Both the position numbers and the translations under genes were made by a program. The notes beneath the pieces were generated by a model. It made no database searches and was not told the DNA's origin. It was given only the letters and a program-made list of their open reading frames with translations. A stretch of DNA of 64,000 nucleotides. It comes from Fidelibacterota bacterium. Lineage in GTDB: Bacteria; Fidelibacterota; Marinisomatia; Marinisomatales; JAHJCW01. Positions 18,651-26,960 of this stretch are shown piece after piece; within the stretch, counting starts at the first letter, position 1; each line of letters begins with the position of its first letter. The DNA is taken from assembly GCA_042564205.1 (NCBI GenBank), contig JBHPLN010000001.1, positions 13,626-77,625 of the forward strand, in the 5' to 3' direction.

Positions 18651-19514
18651 ATGAAACTTGGTGTAATAACTGATGGAATAAGCAGAGATCTTGAGCATGC
18701 TTTAAGTGTTATGAATGAAACGAAATTAAGATACGCGGATTTACAATTTGTGTGGGATAAAGAAATTGGAGATCAGACGCCTGAAGAGATTCAAAAAATT
18801 AAAGATCTTATTAATAAGTACAATATGGTGGTTCCATGTATCACAAGGCACAATTTTGTTGGAATGCTGGTGATGGATACAGAACCCGAAGATGAAATCT
18901 ATCAAAAGCATTTAGAAGGGTTAAAACGTTGTATAAAAATTGCCAAAGTGTTAGATAGCGATATGGTCCGTATCATGAGTTTCAGAAAAGAAATGATAAT
19001 CTTCGGTCATAATGGAGCAGAAAAATGGGTTGCAAGTACGGGCTCATGGGAAAAATTATTAAAACTCATGGAAGCGCCAATTCAATTAGCTGAAGATGCG
19101 GGTATAACATTAGCCGTTGAGACTGGGAATAATGCAATGATAACCTCGGGTTGGCTAGGAAGAAAACTTATTAATGATTTGGGGACTAAACACCTAAAAC
19201 TCATTTGGGATATACCCAATACTCTTTATTGCACTGAAATTCCTTACCCAGATGCATATGAAGAGATTAAGGAGCATTTAGGCCATATTCATATAAAGGA
19301 CTGTAAATCTAATATTGCACGGGCCACAGTTCAATTTTGTCCCCTAGGACAAGGTGACATGGCGCCATATCTTGAGGATCTTTCTCATGCGTTAAAAAGA
19401 GATAAATATCAAGGAGTTATATCCTTGGAAAGCGTTTACAGGCCTACCAATGGCACGTTTGAGGATGGATATCGTGAGTGCTTACCTGTTTTCAAAAACC
19501 TATTTGGGGATTAG
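18651..19514 (+). CDS. Sugar phosphate isomerase/epimerase (xylose-isomerase-like TIM barrel)
   Basis: AP_endonuc_2-like pattern (LAVETGNN, IWDIPN, HIHIKD). Last gene of the plus-strand set. Confidence 0.8.
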   Translation: MKLGVITDGISRDLEHALSVMNETKLRYADLQFVWDKEIGDQTPEEIQKIKDLINKYNMVVPCITRHNFVGMLVMDTEPEDEIYQKHLEGLKRCIKIAKVLDSDMVRIMSFRKEMIIFGHNGAEKWVASTGSWEKLLKLMEAPIQLAEDAGITLAVETGNNAMITSGWLGRKLINDLGTKHLKLIWDIPNTLYCTEIPYPDAYEEIKEHLGHIHIKDCKSNIARATVQFCPLGQGDMAPYLEDLSHALKRDKYQGVISLESVYRPTNGTFEDGYRECLPVFKNLFGD

Positions 19515-19553
19515 GAGCGATAGATTAAATTTTAATCTGCGATCATTTACCTA

Positions 19554-19604
19554 ATTAAATCGGATAAAAAGGTCCTTTATATTGTTGATATTATTGTTTT
19601 TAAA
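19554..19604 (+). repeat. Conserved 51-bp upstream block, copy 1 (pairs with 20091-20141)
   Basis: 45 of 51 positions identical to 20091-20141 by hand alignment. Lies about 100 bp upstream of the first DUF4242-like gene. Contains AAAGG-T-CCTTT. Confidence 0.7.
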
Positions 19605-19703
19605 GTCGATTAAATTCATTAGAATCGGCCCTATATTTGTTAGCTAGTTTTTTTAGCAGGCAATCATTACTTAATAATAAAAATAACTAATGGAGATTAT
19701 CTT

Positions 19704-19955
19704 ATGCCAATGTATATGGATATTCATAATAATGTAAAAGGATTAACAAAGGAAGCGCTTGAAGAAATACATCAGAAAGACTTGGAAGTACAAGGTAAAC
19801 ATGGTGTCAAATATGTGAATTATTGGTACAATGAGGATGAAGGAACGGTTTTTTGCCTTTCTGATGCTCCAAATAAGGAAGCAGCAGCTGCAGTTCATCG
19901 CGAGGCACACGGAGCTGAGGCCGATAAAATTATTGAGGTAACTCAGGGAGCATAG
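19704..19955 (+). CDS. DUF4242-like small protein (SCO4226-type metal-binding fold candidate), cytoplasmic form
   Basis: 83 aa starting MPMYMDIH, with ..YW...EG.VFCL.DAP..EAA..VH.EAHG. RBS GGAG. Paralog of 20221-20583. Confidence 0.6.
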   Translation: MPMYMDIHNNVKGLTKEALEEIHQKDLEVQGKHGVKYVNYWYNEDEGTVFCLSDAPNKEAAAAVHREAHGAEADKIIEVTQGA

Positions 19956-19981
19956 TTACTTCATTTAAGTACCTACTTATG

Positions 19982-20011
19982 AGGGAGTTAATAGTTTATT
20001 ATTAACTCCCT
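19982..20011 (+). terminator. Hairpin, weak terminator candidate
   Basis: AGGGAGTTAAT pairs with ATTAACTCCCT. The T-tract is poor. Confidence 0.4.
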
Positions 20012-20090
20012 TCTCGTATATTACTCTCAATCACTACCCATACTGAAAAGAATCAGGAAACCTTTGAAAAATGGGCACCAAATCATAGTC

Positions 20091-20141
20091 ATTAAATTGG
20101 ATAAGAAGGTCTTTTATATTATTGATTTTATTGTTTTTAGA
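20091..20141 (+). repeat. Conserved 51-bp upstream block, copy 2
   Basis: See 19554-19604. Lies about 80 bp upstream of the second DUF4242-like gene. Confidence 0.7.
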
Positions 20142-20220
20142 TGCATTGTTAATAATTATACTTCACATAATTATTAACAGCTATTTTAATTAGCAGGCCG
20201 TTAAAAGGAGAAGAAACAAG

Positions 20221-20583
20221 ATGAATCCTAGAATATTAAAATCTTTAATTGTAGCAGTATTAGCGACAATCGTGTTAGTTGGTTGTGGTCAACAATCAGA
20301 ACCAGCATCTATGGTTGCAGAGGAATCTTCGAGGCAGTTGTATATGGATATTCACAAAAATGTTGAAGGATTGACAGCTGAAGCAGTGATTGGTGCTCAC
20401 AAAAAGGACCTCGAAGTTCAAAAGAAACATGGTGTTAGTTATGTAGATTATTGGTATGATGTTGAAAATAGTACCGTTTTTTGTTTAGTTGATGCACCAA
20501 GCAAGGAAGCAGCTGCCTTAGTCCATAAAGAAGCACACGGACTCGTAGCAGATGAAATCATAGAAGTTGCTCAGGGTATTTAA
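20221..20583 (+). CDS. DUF4242-like protein with lipoprotein signal peptide (exported paralog)
   Basis: N-terminal signal plus lipobox (LVGCGQ). The following 80 aa are collinear with 19704-19955 (LYMDIHKNVEGLT...VFCLVDAPSKEAAALVHKEAHG). RBS AGGAG. Confidence 0.6.
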   Translation: MNPRILKSLIVAVLATIVLVGCGQQSEPASMVAEESSRQLYMDIHKNVEGLTAEAVIGAHKKDLEVQKKHGVSYVDYWYDVENSTVFCLVDAPSKEAAALVHKEAHGLVADEIIEVAQGI

Positions 20584-20641
20584 AAAGGATTAATTAGAAT
20601 TACATTTCTAATTTCCCGATAAGAAACTAAGTAATGATTAT

Positions 20642-20686
20642 AAAGGGCTGGCTTTACCTATTTTGGTAAAATCAGCCCTTTATTCA
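20642..20686 (+). terminator. Rho-independent terminator
   Basis: AAAGGGCTG (20642-20650) pairs with CAGCCCTTT (20673-20681), followed by a T-rich tail. Confidence 0.6.
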
Positions 20687-20804
20687 ATAAAATAGTTCCA
20701 ATTTAAAATACTTAAATCTATAAGTTCTTATATAATTAACTGTTAGCAGAAATCGCTTCACGATGAACTTTAGCATTTAAGACCATTTCTTTACATATAA
20801 AAAG

Positions 20805-20840
20805 AAAAGTCCCATGCTAGATGCATGGGACTTTTTCTTA
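20805..20840. terminator. Orphan terminator-like hairpin in an ORF-free region
   Basis: AAAAGTCCCATGC-taga-GCATGGGACTTTTT. The A-tract and T-tract flanks make it potentially bidirectional. No ORF of 60 aa or more within about 200 bp either side. Confidence 0.4.
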
Positions 20841-21055
20841 ATGTGGTATTATAATGCTATCTACTTCAATAATGTGATACTTTCCTATAAAAAATACCCC
20901 TATACCTTACACGCCTGATAAATTATAAATATGCGGTTTACTTAATTTACCTGCATTTATCTCTTTAGTTCCCACAAATTCATGCATTATTAACTCACTT
21001 TTCTCTTTTTGATTAATTAAAAAAATAGCTTGACTTTAATAAAAATATTAGTATT

Positions 21056-21089
21056 TTATTATATAAAGTATATATACTTTATATAATAA
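21056..21089. promoter_or_regulatory. 34-bp perfect palindrome abutting the start codon of the AbiEi-like gene
   Basis: TTATTATATAAAGTATATATACTTTATATAATAA. I checked all 17 base pairs by hand. It ends 4 nt before ATG 21094. TTGACT lies at 21031-21036 upstream. Confidence 0.55.
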
Positions 21090-21093
21090 CATT

Positions 21094-21978
21094 ATGAAAT
21101 ATTACCAAATACTTGAAAGAGTAGCAAAAAAAATCACTGAATATTTTAATTCAATCAAACCGGAAGTTTATACTATATCCGAATTAGGAAGAATATTTCG
21201 TGCACAAAGAAGGATCTGGGAATTACCATCAGGAATAACACGGAGGGATTTTATCGAATATATGTTATTACGGACTAACTTAGAGAATCACATTTTTAAA
21301 TTTCCGCATTTAGAGTACCAGCGGTTTACCTGGGGACCCGGATCCATATACAGCATTATACTCAGTTTGAAGAAAAACATTCATTTTTCTCATTTTACAG
21401 CAGCATATCTTCACAATTTAGTGGAAAAAATACCCCAAAGTATGTTCGTTACTATCGAACAGAGCCCAAAGAAAACCAATTACCATTTAGCTCAACTCAG
21501 CATTGATAATGCTATGTCAAAACCGCAGAGAATAACACGAAATTATGCCAATTATGGCAGACGCAATATATATCTGCTTAATGGGAAACATACTGAAAGC
21601 ACGGGTGTAATAAAAGCGAGAGCTGCTAGTGGTAAAATAATACCGGTTACGGACTTGGAGAGAACACTAATTGATATTACTGTTAGGCCTGAATACGCAG
21701 GTGGAGTTTTTGATGTATTAGAAGCATATAAACGCGCTGCGAAAAATGTCTCCTGTGAAAGGATGGTCCAATATCTAAACAAAATAAACTATTTATATCC
21801 CTACCACCAAAGTATTGGTTTTTATATGGAAACATCGAAAGCTTACACGTCAAGCCAGATAGAAATAATTAGAACAATCAACCGGGATTTTGATTTTTAT
21901 CTGACATATAATATTCCCAATATGGAGTATTCTGAAAGATGGAAAATGTTTTACCCAATCGAAATGACTTTTATCTAA
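21094..21978 (+). CDS. AbiEi-like (type IV TA antitoxin / wHTH regulator family) protein, orphan
   Basis: An N-terminal wHTH-like segment is followed by a C-terminal segment ..IPVTDLERTLIDITVRPEYAGGVFDVLEAYKRA.. matching the AbiEi C-terminal signature as I recall it. No nucleotidyltransferase (AbiEii) gene follows. No SD sequence. Confidence 0.45.
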   Translation: MKYYQILERVAKKITEYFNSIKPEVYTISELGRIFRAQRRIWELPSGITRRDFIEYMLLRTNLENHIFKFPHLEYQRFTWGPGSIYSIILSLKKNIHFSHFTAAYLHNLVEKIPQSMFVTIEQSPKKTNYHLAQLSIDNAMSKPQRITRNYANYGRRNIYLLNGKHTESTGVIKARAASGKIIPVTDLERTLIDITVRPEYAGGVFDVLEAYKRAAKNVSCERMVQYLNKINYLYPYHQSIGFYMETSKAYTSSQIEIIRTINRDFDFYLTYNIPNMEYSERWKMFYPIEMTFI

Positions 21979-22039
21979 AGAAGATAAAAGTCTAAGTAAC
22001 TGTTATTATAGAGCCTACGAATAGGGTATGAAGGACAAG

Positions 22040-22462
22040 TTAGCTGGTGCCTTTTAAGTCCTGGGTGGGAAAATATTTAGCCAGAAGCTCTCTGAGTTGA
22101 TTTATTGTAAAAGGTTTTGCTAAAAAATCTGAAAATCCCTTTTCCAGGAGGATATCATGCATTCCACCACCAAAATACGCTGTGAGAGCAGCGATTGGAG
22201 TATCCCTGTACTTCTTAATAGCTCTAATCGTTTCCATTAATACTAAACCGGACATTCCTTTTCCAAGATTTATGTCTAGCAACAGACAGTCGATCTGATG
22301 GTCATTTAAAAGTTTTAAAGCATCTTCTCCTGAATTAGCCGTCACTGTTGTAAATCCTAATCTTTTTAACATGTAAGTATTGTAATTCATATGTTCGTCA
22401 TTATCTTCGACGATGAGAACCGTATTGATATGTTCAGCTCTATTATTGCTATTTGTTGCCAT
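22040..22462 (-). CDS. Single-domain response regulator (CheY-like receiver)
   Basis: Receiver motifs: VLIVEDND, phospho-acceptor context CLLLDINLG, ALTA, K in LAKPF. Confidence 0.85.
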   Translation of the reverse strand: MATNSNNRAEHINTVLIVEDNDEHMNYNTYMLKRLGFTTVTANSGEDALKLLNDHQIDCLLLDINLGKGMSGLVLMETIRAIKKYRDTPIAALTAYFGGGMHDILLEKGFSDFLAKPFTINQLRELLAKYFPTQDLKGTS

Positions 22463-22494
22463 TAATGTACGCTTCTGTCAAAATAAGCCAAATA

Positions 22495-23148
22495 TTATGA
22501 TTGTGCAAGAGCAGTTAATATTTTAGAACAGCCGCCGGTTTTTATATATTCTGAATGTTCGTCTATTGTCTTAAAACGCCTTCCGCAAATTTCTTTGCAT
22601 TCCATCTTATAATCTGATGCTTCATAAAATTTATTCATTATTTTTTCTATTACAGGATTGGACAGAGTATATTTCCAGTCATCTTGCTTAACCAATTCAA
22701 GAGTAATTTTCCAGATAGCAGCGCCAAGTGCTCCGCAACCACTTCCGCTAAATCCAAGGCCTCCGGCAAATCCCGCAACCATTACAACGTATTCATCGCT
22801 ACCACCCATTAATTTGATTACTTCTGAAGCGCAGCTTATTGGTTGTTGTTTCAATTCAGGTTTTTCTAGGGAAAGTCCTTCATGTGCGGATTTTATTGCT
22901 TCCGGTGCCCATTTTTCTGCGAGTTTAAAGCAACCATAAAATTTTCCTGTGAACATGTATTTAGCGAAACTCCATTTGTTTCCAAAATCAGTTTCAGTTA
23001 TATCCCCACAATCAATGCTTTTTGCACTGCTTAAAAATGATTCCGTCATATGCTTAGTTGCTATAATAGCCGTAGAAATTGCTTCACCTTGATCTTCGCA
23101 CCGACGGAAAGATTCCGCCCCCACTGCCATGGAAGCCCCCCAAAGCAT
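22495..23148 (-). CDS. C_GCAxxG_C_C family redox-type protein; 5' end uncertain (possible frameshift)
   Basis: GSGCGALGAAIW (GCAxxG-type), upstream Cys (ISCASEV) and downstream Cys pairs (MECKEICG, GGCSK). 38 sense codons continue upstream of ATG 23148 without a canonical start. An RBS-preceded ATG at 23266 sits in the +1 frame (see findings). Confidence 0.6.
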   Translation of the reverse strand: MLWGASMAVGAESFRRCEDQGEAISTAIIATKHMTESFLSSAKSIDCGDITETDFGNKWSFAKYMFTGKFYGCFKLAEKWAPEAIKSAHEGLSLEKPELKQQPISCASEVIKLMGGSDEYVVMVAGFAGGLGFSGSGCGALGAAIWKITLELVKQDDWKYTLSNPVIEKIMNKFYEASDYKMECKEICGRRFKTIDEHSEYIKTGGCSKILTALAQS

Positions 23149-23456
23149 CCCACATTGGTATCCTTGTTGGTATATTCCTCCAGCAAGTGGATCAATTGCT
23201 TGCTCTTCATTTTCTTTGGGATTGCCGAACTCACGGTCCAGTATGTAAAAGAACGTACGCGATCATGTGCCTTTTTTAAGGAATGTTCGTTTTACTTTTA
23301 ATTTAGCCTTTTGTGTTTTTATCATATTCATTATTGCGCTCTTAAATTTCTTAGTTACTGTGATTCACGGTTATGACTACATTTCATTTTTTGTATTCTT
23401 TGTCGACATATCTATGTGCATCAATAATTTTACCAAAGTCTCAACATATTGTTTTA

Positions 23457-23831
23457 TTAACCGACTAAAGCTTTTTCAATGTAACCTATTAGAGCATTTC
23501 CTCGTATTGGCTTTGTAAGAAACACGTTACATCCAGCTTCCAGGCATCTTTCCTTATCAAAAACAAAAGCATGGGCGGTAACTGCTAATATAGTAGTCTT
23601 ATTATATTTTTTATCAGCCCGAATAAATCGAGCCAGAACTAGCCCATCATCTTCACCTTTTAATGATAAATCTAAGATTACTAATTCGATACCATCTTTC
23701 TTCAAATATTCTTCTGCTTGTAATACAGAATCACAAATAAATAATTCATATTTGGCACTTAAGAGTGCTTTGTAAAATATTTGAGTATTGAGATCATCTT
23801 CTACAATAAGAATGTTCTGTTTCTTAGTCAT
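23457..23831 (-). CDS. Single-domain response regulator (CheY-like receiver)
   Basis: ILIVEDD, LVILDLSL, AVTAH and TKP motifs. Located 11 bp downstream of the kinase gene. Confidence 0.85.
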   Translation of the reverse strand: MTKKQNILIVEDDLNTQIFYKALLSAKYELFICDSVLQAEEYLKKDGIELVILDLSLKGEDDGLVLARFIRADKKYNKTTILAVTAHAFVFDKERCLEAGCNVFLTKPIRGNALIGYIEKALVG

Positions 23832-23842
23832 TTTTAGTAATC

Positions 23843-26635
23843 CTACACTGAACTGATATTGCCAATTATTATGGTAAAGGTGGAACCTTGACCTTTTACA
23901 CTTTCAACTTTTAATTCTGCCCCAATGAGATCAAGATACCGTTTAGTTAATGGTAATCCAATCCCAATGCCTTCATACTTTTTAGAATAACCTTCGCTCT
24001 CTTGAGTGAATGGATCAAACATCCGTTCCATAAATTCCTCTGCCATTCCTATTCCCGTATCTGTAACTGAAGCAATGAGTTTCTCCCCTTTGTGCTGCAA
24101 GTGAACTGTTACACTACCCTTTTCAGTATACTTGATAGCATTATTGAGAATGTTATCTATTGCCTGCGTAAGGCAGTATTTGTCTGTTTGAATTATGGAT
24201 TTTCGAATGTGAGAATCAAAATGTATATCTACTTTTTTCTCTTGCGCACTTGGTTTCAGAATAGTTATTAGATCTGTGATAGTTTGTTTTATATTAACTG
24301 GTTCTGGGTTAAGCTTAACTGTTCCTGTTTCAATCTGGGAAATATCAAGGATACCGTGCACCGTATTCATCAATCGATCGCCACTTTGCTGGATAATATT
24401 TACATACTGGTCCAATTCTGGATTATTCATTTTAGTGGTTTCACTCTCAATTAAATCCGTAAAACCTAATATAGCATTGAGTGGTGTCCTAATCTCGTGT
24501 GACATATTTGCTAAGAAGTTTGATTTAATTTGATTTGCCCTCTCGGCGTCCATCAGAGCACCCTCTCTTTCCTCCACCGCCTTTTTACGCTCTGTTATAT
24601 CCTCTTTTATACCAAGGAAATGCATAATTTCCCCAGCTTTGTTTTTTATGGGAGATATGGTAGCTGATTCCCAGTACAACTCCCCGTTCTTTTTCCGATT
24701 ATGAAATTCACCTATCCAATCATTACCAGACGTAATTGTATCCCAAAGAGTTGCATATTCCTCTTTGGGAGTTTCACCAGATTTAAGAAATCGAGGATTT
24801 GTTCCAATAGCCTCTTTTGCGGAATACCCTGTAATCTTTTCAAAACTTGGATTTACATATTCAATTAATCCCTGTTTATCGGTAATAACAATAGAATTAG
24901 CGCTTTGCTTCACAGCTCGCGATAATCTGTAGATTTCCTCCTCAGCTAACTTGCGTGCAGTTACGTCTGAAAAAACTCCATAGGCATATTTATTCTTTCC
25001 TGTGTTGTCATGCATAATTGCCCTATCATGTAACCATATCCACTTACCATTTTTATGTTTTATTCTGTATTCTGTATCATACTCTTTATTTTCTTTAAAA
25101 AATGCTTTATACGCATTTTTCAATTTCTGTAAATCCTCTTTGTGAACTCTTCCGAACCAAAGTTTTTCCCCACCTTTAAATATTTCTTCCGATGTGTATC
25201 CATATACGTCCTTAACATTCGAACTAATAAAATTTGTTCTGCCATTAATATCGGTTGACCAGGTGACATCGGGAATATTGTCAATGAGAAGTCTATATTT
25301 TTCTTCACTCTCTTTGATTATTTCCTCGGCATTCTTACGCTCTTTAATTTCATTAACCAGATCTCGATGTGCTTGAGAATTTTGAATAGCCCTGCTGACG
25401 TACAATACAAATGTTTCTGCAAGTTCGATATCTTCGTCTTCATACAATTTGGCTCTGCGGTATATATTCAAAGTTCCCATTACTTCGTTTTCGACTAAAA
25501 GTGGTAACACCATTAAATGTTCATCGTCATTTTCAGATGTTCCTGGAATTTGATATGCATCTGGGTTTTGTGATGCATTATTGAAAGCCTTTCCTTGTTT
25601 GGCTTTAACTACTTTTCCTGATAAACTTGATTTCACACTAACCTCTTGAGACATCACCGCTGTTTCATTTGGGTCGTAAGTTATTGCTGGCTTAAGTGAT
25701 TGTTTATCGCTAGATAGGAGATAAATTGTTGCACCGCTGCTTTCGAATAGTTCCAGCGCTAGCTTAGTCGATTTATCCAAAATAAATTGAAGATCTAATG
25801 AGGAACTTAATTCACGTGAAATTTCTAATAACTTTCCTCGCCTAAAGGCATTCTTTTGAATATCTTTTTCATGAATTCTCCTTTCAGATATATCTCTAGC
25901 TATGCTCAAAACATGAGCTTTATTTTTGATTTTTACTGGATGAGTTCTTATCTCTATGTCTATTTGCGATCCGTCTCTCCTTTGTAAAGTAAATTCATCA
26001 GGTCCAGTAGATTTACCGAGTATATTTCTTGCTAATGCTTTTGCTGCCTTTGGCAACTGATTTATAGGTAAAAACCCTATCTTTAACATATTTTTTCCTA
26101 TCAATTCAGATTTGTCCACTCCGATCATCTTTTCAGCAGCCTTATTTCCATCTATAAAGTTTCCTTTAAGATCGATTATATAGAACGCATCTGGAGCATT
26201 TCCAAATAGTAGGCGATACATTTCTTCGCTTGCTTTAAGTGAGTTCTCTATTTGTTTTCTTCTATTTGTCTCCAATTGTTTTTCATTTGCTAATTTGATA
26301 AATCCAACCATGGCTATAAATAATCCGATTGGAGTTAACAATTGTCCAATAGTGCGGCTAAAAAAGCCAGTTGACATAAAAAATTCATCTAAGAAATCAA
26401 AAAGGATAGACAATGCAAAAATGAACCATCCTATATCAAGTATAATTATTTTATACCTGATTATATAAAAATAAACCCCAAGAATTGCAAAAAATATTGC
26501 ACCTTCCGAAAGAATATTAAACCAATCAAATTTATCAAATATGGGAAACGAAAGAGCCAACAATAATGTGATACCGAGGATTAAAAACACCGCTATCCAT
26601 ATTTCAATTGATGTTGGTATGATATTTTTTCTCAT
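23843..26635 (-). CDS. Membrane sensor histidine kinase with PAS-GAF-PAS-PAS-HisKA-HATPase_c architecture
   Basis: N-terminal TM helices, repeated PAS-like blocks (..ITERK.., ..VTARK..) and a GAF-like segment. H-box SHEIRTPLN. N/G boxes (NNAIKYT, DTGIGM, GIGIGL). Confidence 0.9.
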   Translation of the reverse strand: MRKNIIPTSIEIWIAVFLILGITLLLALSFPIFDKFDWFNILSEGAIFFAILGVYFYIIRYKIIILDIGWFIFALSILFDFLDEFFMSTGFFSRTIGQLLTPIGLFIAMVGFIKLANEKQLETNRRKQIENSLKASEEMYRLLFGNAPDAFYIIDLKGNFIDGNKAAEKMIGVDKSELIGKNMLKIGFLPINQLPKAAKALARNILGKSTGPDEFTLQRRDGSQIDIEIRTHPVKIKNKAHVLSIARDISERRIHEKDIQKNAFRRGKLLEISRELSSSLDLQFILDKSTKLALELFESSGATIYLLSSDKQSLKPAITYDPNETAVMSQEVSVKSSLSGKVVKAKQGKAFNNASQNPDAYQIPGTSENDDEHLMVLPLLVENEVMGTLNIYRRAKLYEDEDIELAETFVLYVSRAIQNSQAHRDLVNEIKERKNAEEIIKESEEKYRLLIDNIPDVTWSTDINGRTNFISSNVKDVYGYTSEEIFKGGEKLWFGRVHKEDLQKLKNAYKAFFKENKEYDTEYRIKHKNGKWIWLHDRAIMHDNTGKNKYAYGVFSDVTARKLAEEEIYRLSRAVKQSANSIVITDKQGLIEYVNPSFEKITGYSAKEAIGTNPRFLKSGETPKEEYATLWDTITSGNDWIGEFHNRKKNGELYWESATISPIKNKAGEIMHFLGIKEDITERKKAVEEREGALMDAERANQIKSNFLANMSHEIRTPLNAILGFTDLIESETTKMNNPELDQYVNIIQQSGDRLMNTVHGILDISQIETGTVKLNPEPVNIKQTITDLITILKPSAQEKKVDIHFDSHIRKSIIQTDKYCLTQAIDNILNNAIKYTEKGSVTVHLQHKGEKLIASVTDTGIGMAEEFMERMFDPFTQESEGYSKKYEGIGIGLPLTKRYLDLIGAELKVESVKGQGSTFTIIIGNISSV

Positions 26636-26845
26636 TATACAATGAAGTTAAATAAAATAATTGTTATTTAACCTTCTAAATTGTCAGATAAATGTGTTAC
26701 TACTTATCCCACTTGTGAATCACTGTTTTCTACAATCAATTTATCTTCAGCAGTATTTCCACCTACTGTATTGGTAATTCCTTGAGCATTTATCAACGAC
26801 CAGCCCCCATTCCATTGTTTGGACCACTTTCTAAGTTCGTATTTC

Positions 26846-26930
26846 TGGTATAAGAATAGTGCCTTAAGGTGTCTCTAAAACTTTGGTACACTCAAATCAG
26901 GTCGTTTGTTTTGGGTAACGTTTTTGGGAC
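26846..26930 (+). repeat. Intergenic element E1 (family E1-E7)
   Basis: CTGGTATAAGAA..GGTGTCTCTAAAAC..TTTGGTACACTCAAATCAG..CGTTTGTTTTGGGTAAC-GTTTTTGGGAC. Collinear with E3, E4, E5 and E6. Confidence 0.85.
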
Positions 26931-26960
26931 TTTATTACTATACTATGATTAACACTGTAT

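Noticed and set aside
19522-19538. AGATTAAATTTTAATCT palindrome after the last gene of the phytase arm, considered as a terminator
   Set aside because: The stem is all A/T with almost no loop and there is no T-tract, so it is too weak to call.
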